From Candidatus Micrarchaeota archaeon (GTDB lineage: Archaea; Micrarchaeota; Micrarchaeia; Anstonellales; Bilamarchaeaceae): a stretch of 64,000 bases of DNA. The stretch is from assembly GCA_043812915.1 (NCBI GenBank), contig JBDRLQ010000004.1:32001-96000 (forward strand). Direction: 5' to 3'. The notes beneath the pieces were generated by a model, which did not search any database, was not told the origin of the DNA, and saw only the letters and a list, made by a program, of their open reading frames with translations. The position numbers and the translations under genes are program-made. Positions 37,152-46,573 of this stretch are shown here, piece after piece (position 1 is the first letter of the stretch; each line of letters begins with the position of its first letter).

Positions 37152-37883
37152 CTAGATCTTCCTGAGGATTTTCCCTAGAATCGGAAGCAATTTCATCTCC
37201 GCTTTCCGCAGGTGCTCTGCCAAAGTGGAGGGCGAAATCCCTGTCTTCTCGGCAAGCCCATCAATGCTAATTTTCTTGGGCATTTCGTAATACCCATAGT
37301 CGCAGGCGAGCCGGAACATCTCAAGCTGCTTGTTGCTAAGCAGCTGCTTGGCGGCCTTCAAATCAAAGAACCCGCTGGCGCCAAACGTATTGAGGCCTTC
37401 GGCCTCTTTGACATCAAGGTACCTTTTCTTCTTGAGCTTGACTTCATAGTCCTTCTGCTCCTTCCACTTGCTCAGAAGCTCATCCATGGCTTTGTGGGAT
37501 TCGGCCAGAAGAATCTCCGAGTCGATGCCATCCGAAGTTACCGGCGACTCAAGAAGCGTAACCTTCGTCTGATGGAGAATTTTGTAGGTCATTGCCTCAT
37601 AGCTCGATACCACCCGCAGAAGCGCGCTGCCCGGCTGAAGCATCAGCACCTCAACACTTTTGACGAGCCTGTGGTTCCTGATGAATTCGATGTCCTTCCT
37701 TGGAAATGGGGAAGTCAGCTGGACCAGGTTGGTGATTGTGCCCTCATCGACAGAAGACATCGTGGAGACCAGGCTCGCGTCCCTGTTTTTCTCTGTCACA
37801 TCGCAGAACCAGCACAAGTGGTGGATGTTAGCCTCGAAAAGCACGGGATTCCTGTATCCGCCATCGCCCCATTCAGTTTCCAT
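37152..37883 (-). CDS. Bat/HTH-10-type transcriptional regulator
   Basis: LSNKQLEMFRLACDYGYYEMPKKISIDGLAEKTGISPSTLAEHLRKAE. Confidence 0.88.
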   Translation of the reverse strand: METEWGDGGYRNPVLFEANIHHLCWFCDVTEKNRDASLVSTMSSVDEGTITNLVQLTSPFPRKDIEFIRNHRLVKSVEVLMLQPGSALLRVVSSYEAMTYKILHQTKVTLLESPVTSDGIDSEILLAESHKAMDELLSKWKEQKDYEVKLKKKRYLDVKEAEGLNTFGASGFFDLKAAKQLLSNKQLEMFRLACDYGYYEMPKKISIDGLAEKTGISPSTLAEHLRKAEMKLLPILGKILRKI

Positions 37884-37988
37884 GAATAAAGTCCCCTCTT
37901 TATCTATCAATATATGCTAAAAAAAGTTTAAAAATATACACGTTGAACAAGAAATAACCACCAGACCGCAAAACAGCCAAAAAGGCCA

Positions 37989-39203
37989 TTACGAGGTCTC
38001 AAACTCGAACGAGTCATAGCAGAGCTGCTGCTCGTTAGTGGTGGTTATGTAATCGCAGTATGCCACCTCCCCTGAGAGCACGGCATACTCGGTGTAGCAC
38101 TTGTTCTTCCAGCTCACCCTCACTATGTCAGCGCAGTATTTGTAATCCAGGTTCGGGTTGTCCAGTATGGAGCCGACATAGCAGGTGTTGGTGTGTGACG
38201 GATCCCCTATCAGGTCACATGCAGACGGGTCGCCGAATTTCTTTGCATATTCGAAATAGCACAGGAAGAGGTAGGTGTGAGCGCGCGCTTCGATTGAGTT
38301 GCAGCCGGCAAGGTCCTCGGTCGCTAGCGAATAGTTCGTAAGGCAGTTCCACAGGTCGTTTATCTGAAGGATATTGTTGTACCTGCAGAATCCCGGGTCG
38401 TGGGTTGCTATCGCGAAATGGGAGTAGCATTCAAGCGCATATGATGTCTCCGGGCTTATCATCGTGCAGGTAAGCTTCTCATTTGCTGCCTTTGCCCAGA
38501 TCAGCCTGCAGAGATCTTTCTGTGATGCTGTTCCTGCATAATAGCAGTCGTCCTGGTCAAGCAGGATTGAGCGGCACGCATATTTCAGGACGCTGTCCGT
38601 GATTGCATCGCAATCTTCTACATTGCCGCTCTTCATGCTGAAATTATAGAGGCATTCTGAATCCTCGCCGCAGTATTCGGCGTCATCATACTTGAGCGCG
38701 AGGCACATCCTCCTTGCGCCATCAGAAACGAGATAGCAATCCTCTACCTGGCCCTTGCAGTCCAGGATGCCATCGGTGAGGTATTCGCACACGGCGACAT
38801 CCCCGCTTCCGACCGCATGGTGGACTATACATTCCCTGAAAAGAGTGTCGTTCCCTACATGCCTGCAAGCGTCAAGAGACTCGAAGGAAAGCCCTTCGTA
38901 GCAATCCTCCTCCAGCGTTTCATTCTCAATATCAGGGCAATAGCTCAGGTCCAGCTCCGTAAGCGCTTTTTCAAGCAGGCATTCATCGCCGCAAATCTCT
39001 ACTGTCTCGTTGGTAATGTTCATTGGCGGCGGGGTTACGTTGCCGCCTGGCCCTGGCGGCGGCTCATTGCCATTCTGGCCGAGCATCAGGACAATTGCCA
39101 CACCGCCGACGATTATTAAGGCGAGGAGTATCCCAAGCATTATCATCGGGTTGCCTGCGCCTTCATCTTTCTTATAAGCATATTTAGCACTCTTAGGGGC
39201 CAT
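37989..39203 (-). CDS. Membrane-anchored Cys-rich repeat surface protein
   Basis: N-terminal TM helix, Pro-rich linker, many ~25-aa CxxI...C repeats. Confidence 0.8.
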   Translation of the reverse strand: MAPKSAKYAYKKDEGAGNPMIMLGILLALIIVGGVAIVLMLGQNGNEPPPGPGGNVTPPPMNITNETVEICGDECLLEKALTELDLSYCPDIENETLEEDCYEGLSFESLDACRHVGNDTLFRECIVHHAVGSGDVAVCEYLTDGILDCKGQVEDCYLVSDGARRMCLALKYDDAEYCGEDSECLYNFSMKSGNVEDCDAITDSVLKYACRSILLDQDDCYYAGTASQKDLCRLIWAKAANEKLTCTMISPETSYALECYSHFAIATHDPGFCRYNNILQINDLWNCLTNYSLATEDLAGCNSIEARAHTYLFLCYFEYAKKFGDPSACDLIGDPSHTNTCYVGSILDNPNLDYKYCADIVRVSWKNKCYTEYAVLSGEVAYCDYITTTNEQQLCYDSFEFETS

Positions 39204-39459
39204 GCTATTCTAAACGAACTAAAGATTTATAAACTCGCTAATTCTCCGCGGCGCCTTGCCCTGCGGCGGGCATACGGAGGCCGATGGCAGGGTCGGAAGC
39301 CGAAAATATACTGCTGTGGTTCAACCGCTCAGGGGTGAAAAAGGAGCTATATAAATGTTCCCCTTCCAATCCATCATCCGCACCAAGCTTTTGGTGCGAA
39401 AAAAGAGTGGGAGGCGAGATGGAGCCATTCGGTGTACCATCTCCCTCGTTCTTCTCATC

Positions 39460-40224
39460 TTATTCAACGTGAAAAACAGGCTGGCTTCTAGCCGGGTGCT
39501 CGGCATCCGGAATCTCGTTTTGCCCAGTTGCCCTGAGCGGTCTGAGGGAACTCCTGAAGAAGTCCCCGACTGCCATGGCGTACCTTGAGACAGTCCTGTA
39601 GATGAACCTGTTTATTCCGCCTTTTTCCTGCGGGTCAAGCACCTCTCCATTTCCACCAGCCACAACCGGGGTATGGAAAGCGTTCGTAACGGCAACCCTA
39701 ATGTGGCCGAAGGAGCATACCTCCTCATGGTCGGAACCGCGGCCATATCCTTCCGTATCGAATGCATAGCTCCCAATTATCCAGTGGCTTCTAACTTGCG
39801 TGGCAAGGGGGGCGCCGCTGGAATCGGTAATAAGCGTAATCGGCTCTGCGTCAGGCTTGTGCTGCCTGGCAAATTCAGTTGCGCCATCATAGTTCCATTC
39901 CAGCCAGAGGGTGTTCGCGAACCTCCCCCCTGGAAGCAGCGTCCTCTCAACACCGATTCTCTGGGGCTGCTCTCCAGCAATTGACAGGCAGAGGCCCTCT
40001 TCAAGTTCTGTGGCTCCGGGAACATCAGGAAGATTGAGCTCGTGGCATGGAAGGCTCCCATGCCTATGGTTGAAGTCTGTAGCAGCAACCTCGCAAGTGC
40101 CGATTGTTCCAATGACAAGCCCGGCAGCAGCCAGTGGCACGACCCTTCGAAGGATTTTTCTTTTTGCCTTTTCGGGCTTTGATTGCGATTCTCTCTCAAC
40201 AATGCTTCTGATGACCCTGCTCAT
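39460..40224 (-). CDS. Membrane-anchored hypothetical protein
   Basis: Basic N-region and RRVVPLAAAGLVIGTIGTC; TTTATAAA upstream. Confidence 0.65.
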   Translation of the reverse strand: MSRVIRSIVERESQSKPEKAKRKILRRVVPLAAAGLVIGTIGTCEVAATDFNHRHGSLPCHELNLPDVPGATELEEGLCLSIAGEQPQRIGVERTLLPGGRFANTLWLEWNYDGATEFARQHKPDAEPITLITDSSGAPLATQVRSHWIIGSYAFDTEGYGRGSDHEEVCSFGHIRVAVTNAFHTPVVAGGNGEVLDPQEKGGINRFIYRTVSRYAMAVGDFFRSSLRPLRATGQNEIPDAEHPARSQPVFHVE

Positions 40225-40319
40225 GATAATAATTTGGATGATTCGATTTATAAATATTTACATAATCTATAACAAATCAGTTATGTGGGTATTATATACT
40301 TTATGTGTTATATTCAAAC

Positions 40320-41672
40320 ATGGCGAATCATACTACTCTCAGAAGGAAGACTGATTCTGTTGTGCCCTCAGGGGTAGGGACACCGGTCGGCCCAAGACAG
40401 CTGATGAAGATGGTCTCAAGGCAGATCGAGCTTGCCAGGCGCATGCCAGCCCCGGAGATGATCAGGAATGTTGGCGGAAAATCTGCAACAGCGCTCCTGA
40501 AACTTGGAAAGGAACTGTTTTTCAGGGATGCCAGGGTGGTATCCGGAGTAACAAGAGTGGTCGGAACCAAGGACCCGGCAAGCATCATCAGGGCATACCG
40601 GCTTCTCATGGAGGCCATGGTCGAGCCCGAGCAGCTTGTCGCTTACAAGAGGGGCAGTGAAGGCCGCCTCAGGGGACATGTGAAGATTAAAAACGGCGAT
40701 GGGGAAGCGCACGTTGAAAGGCAGAGGGAAGGGCTCGACACAGGGCTTGACGATGTTGTGAGGATGGCATTCGAGAACAATGCGGTGTTCTACAGGCACG
40801 ATAGGAAATTGTTCATGGCGGACAGGGAGAATCCTGTAATCCAGGAAGTGCGGTTCCCGGGCCTGGAATCCGAGGGCTCAAGGCTGGTCATCCCGTTTTC
40901 AGACGGCTTCGGCCTTATTGATGTTACCGGAAAAGACCTCACGTTCGGAGGGCTTGGCGATGTCCATGAGGCGCTGATGCTAGCGGGCGTTGACCTTTCG
41001 GTTTTATTCTCATTGAAGATGGTGGCTGAAATCGACCACCTGACAGGGCTCTATAACCGGAGGACATTCGAGGAACTGTTCCTGCATTATGCGGAACTGT
41101 TCCTTTCAGAGGGACAGAACACTACCCTGCTAATGCTTGATATTGACAAATTCAAGTCGGTCAATGATACCTACGGCCATTCTGCAGGTGATGCGGTCCT
41201 GGCGATGACTGCGGACAAGATGTACGGCACCCTGAGGGTCTCGGACCCTATTGCGCATGGCCATGTGGGTGAGGTAGAAGGAGAGAAGCCTGTCCGCTAT
41301 GGCGGAGAGGAATTCGCCGTGCTCCTTGCAAACAGCAACGAGGGAGGGGCGCTTATTGCGGCAAGAAGGTGCGCACAAGCGCTCAAGGCCGCAACTGTCA
41401 TCCACGCCGGGCGCCCGATTTCAGTTACCGCAAGCTTTGGCGCGGCAAGCTTCGCAACCGCGCAGGAAGCACTCGAGCTCGGCCTTTCCATTGAGAGCGA
41501 GAAAATCATGGGCGGCCGCGGGAAGTCCGAGGTCCAGAAACTGATGGATGCGGTAGTCGCTCTATGCGACAAGGCGCTCTACGCGTCCAAGGAGCGGGGA
41601 AGGAGAAGGATGTCAGTTCCGGTTGTAAACAGCGAAAAACAAACAGTGGAATTCGAGACGCATACTGACTAA
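40320..41672 (+). CDS. Diguanylate cyclase (GGDEF domain, GGEEF active site)
   Basis: DHLTGLYNRR, DIDKFKSVNDTYGHSAGD, RYGGEEF, VTASFG, DKALYASKERGR. Confidence 0.92.
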   Translation: MANHTTLRRKTDSVVPSGVGTPVGPRQLMKMVSRQIELARRMPAPEMIRNVGGKSATALLKLGKELFFRDARVVSGVTRVVGTKDPASIIRAYRLLMEAMVEPEQLVAYKRGSEGRLRGHVKIKNGDGEAHVERQREGLDTGLDDVVRMAFENNAVFYRHDRKLFMADRENPVIQEVRFPGLESEGSRLVIPFSDGFGLIDVTGKDLTFGGLGDVHEALMLAGVDLSVLFSLKMVAEIDHLTGLYNRRTFEELFLHYAELFLSEGQNTTLLMLDIDKFKSVNDTYGHSAGDAVLAMTADKMYGTLRVSDPIAHGHVGEVEGEKPVRYGGEEFAVLLANSNEGGALIAARRCAQALKAATVIHAGRPISVTASFGAASFATAQEALELGLSIESEKIMGGRGKSEVQKLMDAVVALCDKALYASKERGRRRMSVPVVNSEKQTVEFETHTD

Positions 41673-41749
41673 CTCTTGTTTCCATCGACGATAACATTAG
41701 GAAGCCATAAAAACAAGTTCTGCTCCAATCTCAATTGGAGGTGGAAAAA

Positions 41750-42061
41750 ATGGCAGCCCAGAACGGTCGTGCGGTTGATCAAGGGGGTCGCAGTGTACGC
41801 AGCCTCGCCCACAGGAAAGCTGATTCTTTAGCCAAAGATCCAAGGCAGTCCATAGCAATTGTCGCTCCACCCCTGGTTAGCGTCCGGAACGAGACTCCTG
41901 AGAAAAAAAGCCCACTTGGCGATTTTGTGGATGGGGTCAAGAAATTCGTCAAGCGCGTCAAGAAGGTCACAATTGATTCGGACAAGCCGTTCGAGAATGT
42001 GGAGAAGCCTGTTCCCGAAGCGGCCATGGGAATGGTCGCGACAAGGCTCGCAACCAACTAG
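41750..42061 (+). CDS. Hypothetical protein
   Basis: GGAGGTG Shine-Dalgarno upstream of the ATG at 41750. Confidence 0.55.
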   Translation: MAAQNGRAVDQGGRSVRSLAHRKADSLAKDPRQSIAIVAPPLVSVRNETPEKKSPLGDFVDGVKKFVKRVKKVTIDSDKPFENVEKPVPEAAMGMVATRLATN

Positions 42062-42078
42062 TTAAGTGCGCAGGTCTC

Positions 42079-42654
42079 TTGACAAGGGAAAAAGCGCTTT
42101 TTATGGAAACGGCGCTGTTTATGAAAGACCGAGAGCAGTGGCGCTCCTGGCTTGAGAAGAACCATTCAAGCAAGAAAGAGATTTGGCTAATCTATTTCAA
42201 GAAGCACACCAAGAAGAAATCGGTTTCTTATAATGAGGCGGTCGAGGAAGCCATCTGCTTCGGCTGGATTGACGGCAAGGTGCGCACCATTGATGATGAG
42301 CGCTTCATGCGGCGGTATTCCCCAAGGAGGGCGCGCAGCATCTGGGCGCAGTCCAACATCCGGCGCGCGAATAAGATGATAAATGAGGGCAGGATGACCG
42401 AGTATGGCCTTGAGCTGTTCCGGAAAAAGAAGAAGGAATCGGTTGTGAAGAAGCGCTACATAGTGCCCAAGGACCTTGGGGAAGCCCTTTCTGAAAACAA
42501 ACTTGCGAAAGCCATCTTCGCGAAGCTAGCCCCATCGCACAGGAAGCATTATGTGTGGTGGATAGAGAGCGCTAAAAAAGAGGAAACAAGAAAAAGAAGG
42601 ATAAAAAGAGTTGTCAAATGGGTTTCCGAGAACAAGAAGCCCGGGATGATGTAG
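42079..42654 (+). CDS. YdeI/OmpD-associated family protein
   Basis: WRSWLEKNH, EAICFGWIDG, PRRARSIW, SAKKEETRKRRI. Confidence 0.9.
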   Translation: MTREKALFMETALFMKDREQWRSWLEKNHSSKKEIWLIYFKKHTKKKSVSYNEAVEEAICFGWIDGKVRTIDDERFMRRYSPRRARSIWAQSNIRRANKMINEGRMTEYGLELFRKKKKESVVKKRYIVPKDLGEALSENKLAKAIFAKLAPSHRKHYVWWIESAKKEETRKRRIKRVVKWVSENKKPGMM

Positions 42655-42656
42655 TC

Positions 42657-43574
42657 CTAGAAAGCAATCCTCTCCCCGGGCACCCTCGGGAACGGGCATA
42701 CCTCCCGCACTGTTTTTCTGCCAGTTAAGAAGCGCACAAGCCTCTCGACACCGAAGCCTCCCCCGGCGCTCGGCTTCAGGAGGCCCCTCCTTGCTATCTC
42801 AAGGTATGAGGAGTATGGTGAGGGATCCGTCTTCCTCTCTGCCATCTTGCGCAGAATGACATCGTAATCCGTCTCCCTCTCCGCCCCGGACAAGCCCTCG
42901 CCAAGGCCCTCCGGATACATCAGGTCATAGTTGATGTGCTTCTTGCTTACCGGATCCTCCTTGTCATAGAATTCCCTGTAATGGTCTAGCACCCAGAACG
43001 GCTGTGTCTCCTTGAGCGAAATCTCCCTTTCCCAGTCAGGGCCGAACTCCCTCTCAAGCTCGGAGCTCTCATAGACCGGGAACGGTGCGTACGGCATCTT
43101 CACTTCCCTGCCCAGCCTCTTCAGGGAGTCTGAGCATTCCCTTTTGGCATATGAGAACATGTGGAGGTAGAGCCTCTCCAGCAACCCTCGGAACTCCCTG
43201 CCTTTGGCCCCCTTCAGCTCGATGTCCACCTGGCTGAATTCGATAAGGTGCCTTCCGCTTCTGCCCGTTTCTCCATGCTCCAGCCTGATGTTCGGGGAAA
43301 CGATGTAAATCCCTTTCAAATCCTCGCGCATCAGAGAGAGCTGCTTGTGTAGTATCATGCTTTTTGTCAGCTGAAGTTTCTGCCCCTCATACTCGAGTGA
43401 GCCCTCATACACTTTGTGGGCCAGCGGGTCCGTGAACGGGGATAGCATAACCGGCATGAGCTGGACCAGATTCTCGTTCCACATGAAATCATGAAGGCTT
43501 CGCAGCACTGCGCTCTGCACGCGCAGGATATCCCCCATCTCCGGTCTTGTTATGTGCCCTATTGCTGTTTCCAT
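42657..43574 (-). CDS. asnA: Archaeal asparagine synthetase A (truncated AsnRS paralog)
   Basis: LTKSMILHKQ, SPNIRLE, RHLIEFSQVDIE, LSGAERE, SAGGGFGVERL; no anticodon-binding domain. Confidence 0.9.
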   Translation of the reverse strand: METAIGHITRPEMGDILRVQSAVLRSLHDFMWNENLVQLMPVMLSPFTDPLAHKVYEGSLEYEGQKLQLTKSMILHKQLSLMREDLKGIYIVSPNIRLEHGETGRSGRHLIEFSQVDIELKGAKGREFRGLLERLYLHMFSYAKRECSDSLKRLGREVKMPYAPFPVYESSELEREFGPDWEREISLKETQPFWVLDHYREFYDKEDPVSKKHINYDLMYPEGLGEGLSGAERETDYDVILRKMAERKTDPSPYSSYLEIARRGLLKPSAGGGFGVERLVRFLTGRKTVREVCPFPRVPGERIAF

Positions 43575-43699
43575 ATGATTCACCCTTTGGTGTATTTGAG
43601 AAGGTGCTTGAACTTGTATATATAATTTGTCCCGCCAAACTGGAAGAAATCATCAAAAAAGTGATATATTTATAAGCAAATCGGAACATATGTTCTAAT

Positions 43700-44146
43700 A
43701 TGAGTGAAGACATCGACGAAAAAGATTTGGCCATCCTCGAAGTGCTGGAAGAGCACGGAGATTATACCGTGAGGCAGATTGCGAAGAAGACCCTTCTCGC
43801 GCCGACGACAGTCCATGCCAGGATAAAGAAACTGAAGAAAAAAGGGATAATCAGGAGATTCACAATCGACATAAACCATGGGAAGCTGGGCAGGAAGCTT
43901 GGCGCATATATACTTGTCTCCGCAGACCTCAAATACCTTAAGGAAAGGCACAGGACCCAATATGACCTGGCCGAGGAAATCCGGAAGCTATCCGGGGTGC
44001 GGAAAGTGGACATTGTAGCTGGCGGGACCGACCTTGTCGTACGAATCCTGGTAAAAGACATGGATGAGCTGGACCGGCTCCTCCTCAACCGCCTCCAGCT
44101 CCTTGAGGGCGTCTCCAACACGCAGACGATGATAATAATCCACTGA
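43700..44146 (+). CDS. Lrp/AsnC family transcriptional regulator
   Basis: IDEKDLAILEVL...TVHARIKKL HTH; divergent from asnA. Confidence 0.92.
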   Translation: MSEDIDEKDLAILEVLEEHGDYTVRQIAKKTLLAPTTVHARIKKLKKKGIIRRFTIDINHGKLGRKLGAYILVSADLKYLKERHRTQYDLAEEIRKLSGVRKVDIVAGGTDLVVRILVKDMDELDRLLLNRLQLLEGVSNTQTMIIIH

Positions 44147-44201
44147 TGCGCGGTGGAGCGTTCTTAAACCCCCGGGAGGATATTCATTCAAGTGTTTCCC
44201 G

Positions 44202-45539
44202 ATGCCTAATGAGAAAAAGAGCAGGGCAGCAGAATTCCTGAAAGACTACAAGGGGGCCCTGCACAAGCTCGCCATCCCCATGCTGATCGGGTTTGGCGTT
44301 ACCACGCTCTATAATGTAGTGGACACCATATTCGTGGGGGGCCTTGGCTACGAGGCGATTGCGGCGCTGACATTCGCATTCCCCGTGTTCTTCTTCATGT
44401 TCGCGATATCGATGGGGCTTGGCGTCGGCTTCACGGCGACAATAGCCATGGCAATCGGCGCAAAGGACAAGGGGCGCGCGGACAACGCGGCGGAGCACGC
44501 GATGCTGCTCTCTGCGCTTCTGGGTATTGGGTTTGGAGTCATCGGCTGGTGGCTATGCCCGTCTATTTTCTCGCTGCTTGGCGCGGAAGGCAGGGTGCTC
44601 GACTTGTCCGTGGAATACTTTAACATAATATTCATCAGCCTGCCGATTCTTTTCTGGGGCGTCTTCGGCCGCGCTGTGCTGGCCGGGGAAGGGGATATGG
44701 ACATGCCCATGAAGGTGGTGGTGGTTTCGTCCTTCATCAACATCGTTCTTGACCCGCTATTCATCTATGCCTTTGGCTGGGGCATCGCCGGGGCCGCCTG
44801 GGCGACAGTGCTCTCAAGCCTTTTCGTGGCGCTGGTCTACACATACTTCCTTGTCTCTAAGAAAGGTTCGTACATAGACCTTGACCTGCGGGACTTCCGC
44901 TTCAGCCCCGGCATTTTCAGGCAGGCCGCTCTAATCGGCATCCCGGCCATGCTTGCACAGGGGACTATGGCGCTGGGCCAGGCGTTCATAAACCTCATGG
45001 TGGCGCCTTTCGGGGCTGTTGCTGTCGCCGGCTTCGGGCTCGGGGTCCGTGTCGACTTCGTGATATTCATACCATTCATGGCCGTTGGCGGCGCGCTTAC
45101 CACTCTTGCAGGCATGTATCACGGGGCTGGCAGGGATGAGCTGATTAGGAAAGTTCTTTACCACGCGATATCCATATGCTTCGTTGTTTCTGTTCTGGCC
45201 GGCATCCCGCTCTACATTTTCGCAGAGCCGGCCCTTTCAATCTTCACCGATGATCCTGAAGTGATTTCCGTCGGCGTACAATACATCAGGCTGATTGTTT
45301 TCGTGTATCCGCTGGTCGCAATCGCCATGAATATCGGGCGCACCCTCTCTGGAGTCGGAAAGTCGCTTGAGGGGCTGATAATCACATCGACCCGGGTATT
45401 CATCGTTTTCATTCCCGCGGCAATTTATTTTACAACTGTGCTTGGGATGGGGCTTGAGGGTATCTGGTACGCCATAATCTGCGCCGGAATAGTGTCGGCA
45501 TCGGTTGCTATCTATCTTTTGCGCATGCTGCCAAAATAA
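44202..45539 (+). CDS. MATE family efflux transporter
   Basis: LYNVVDTIFVG, NIVLDPLFI, GIAGAAWAT; about 12 TM helices. Confidence 0.94.
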   Translation: MPNEKKSRAAEFLKDYKGALHKLAIPMLIGFGVTTLYNVVDTIFVGGLGYEAIAALTFAFPVFFFMFAISMGLGVGFTATIAMAIGAKDKGRADNAAEHAMLLSALLGIGFGVIGWWLCPSIFSLLGAEGRVLDLSVEYFNIIFISLPILFWGVFGRAVLAGEGDMDMPMKVVVVSSFINIVLDPLFIYAFGWGIAGAAWATVLSSLFVALVYTYFLVSKKGSYIDLDLRDFRFSPGIFRQAALIGIPAMLAQGTMALGQAFINLMVAPFGAVAVAGFGLGVRVDFVIFIPFMAVGGALTTLAGMYHGAGRDELIRKVLYHAISICFVVSVLAGIPLYIFAEPALSIFTDDPEVISVGVQYIRLIVFVYPLVAIAMNIGRTLSGVGKSLEGLIITSTRVFIVFIPAAIYFTTVLGMGLEGIWYAIICAGIVSASVAIYLLRMLPK

Positions 45540-45541
45540 TT

Positions 45542-46534
45542 TTAATCCCTCATCGCGTCCAGCTTCTCAATCTCGCGAATCATGTTGAAGATGGCTTCCC
45601 GGGTTTTGCTCTCTCTAGATACGCCCCTCACTTCCCAAGCGCACGAGCGGTAGGTCTTGTGCATACCGAAATCAGCCAAAACAAAACTAAACAGGTGCTG
45701 CATGAAAATCTCATGCTGTTCCGGGCCCAGCTTCTGGATGGCCCTGCTGCTGGCCCTGGGATTGAAATCCTCGTTCCACCTGAGCAGTGAAATCGCGAGC
45801 CGGTCGTAGAATACCATGCTCTGGAAAATGGACATGCCATCGGCCAGCTCGTTCAGCCCTTCCCCTCCCCTTTCCAGCGAAAGGTCGATGAGCCTCATTA
45901 TGCCGAGCGTCTCCGCCCTGAACGCTATTCCCGCCCTTGCCATGCATTCTGTGTTGAAATGCTCTCCCATGAACGGGTTCTCCAGTCTCAGGTACCTCCT
46001 TGCTTTTGACTCCCGAACCTTCCTCCGGTCGTAATCTACGACCTTGATTGAGTCCAGGTAATTAATCATGCCTAGCAACTGGCCCTGGTCCGCCTCCGCC
46101 ATTATCCTGCGGTATAACGCCGCCTGCTCCGGATACGGAAGCTTTGAAATCAGCTTATCCGGCTCATCCAGCGAGGGGGATGTGTGGTCGAAGAATCTCA
46201 TAATGCTATCCTGCTTGTATGTGGTCGGATTCTTTCCTCTTTCGCAGGTTATCGATTCCTGGCTAAAGAGCCTCTCCGCAATCTCTTGGAGCGGGGCGTT
46301 CCCATCGTATTCTGGGAGCCTTGGCGGAGGAGCTTTCAGAGGGGCATTCGCCTTTTTCCGAGGCCTCTTTGCGGCCTGTGCGCTCCCGTGCGGCTGCGCG
46401 TCTGTCGCATTGCTCTGGATGCATCCTGGCAAAGCGAGGGCAGCGCTAAGGATGAGTGATGAAATGAGGATTCGGACCGGGCGCCTCTGCCTTCTCTCCG
46501 CTGTTTTTGATTGTGCCCTCAGCTTCCTCTCCAT
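45542..46534 (-). CDS. Exported/lipoprotein hypothetical protein (paralog of 46574-47626)
   Basis: Basic leader ending ALALPGC; shares ESITCxR, FDHxSP, CxARAG, ELADxM and FYDRL with its neighbour. Confidence 0.7.
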   Translation of the reverse strand: MERKLRAQSKTAERRQRRPVRILISSLILSAALALPGCIQSNATDAQPHGSAQAAKRPRKKANAPLKAPPPRLPEYDGNAPLQEIAERLFSQESITCERGKNPTTYKQDSIMRFFDHTSPSLDEPDKLISKLPYPEQAALYRRIMAEADQGQLLGMINYLDSIKVVDYDRRKVRESKARRYLRLENPFMGEHFNTECMARAGIAFRAETLGIMRLIDLSLERGGEGLNELADGMSIFQSMVFYDRLAISLLRWNEDFNPRASSRAIQKLGPEQHEIFMQHLFSFVLADFGMHKTYRSCAWEVRGVSRESKTREAIFNMIREIEKLDAMRD

Positions 46535-46573
46535 TAGATTCCATTCTGGAACAAAGAATTAATAAACCGGTTT

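Noticed and set aside
39256..39266. 11-mer TTGCCCTGCGG shared with the - strand at 60181-60191
   Set aside because: An 11-nt match is expected many times by chance in 64 kb.
39242..39330. HDV-like ribozyme on the - strand (GGC-CTCCGTAT-GCC...GGGCAA)
   Set aside because: A P3/L3-like element exists, but I could not build matching P1 and P2 helices.
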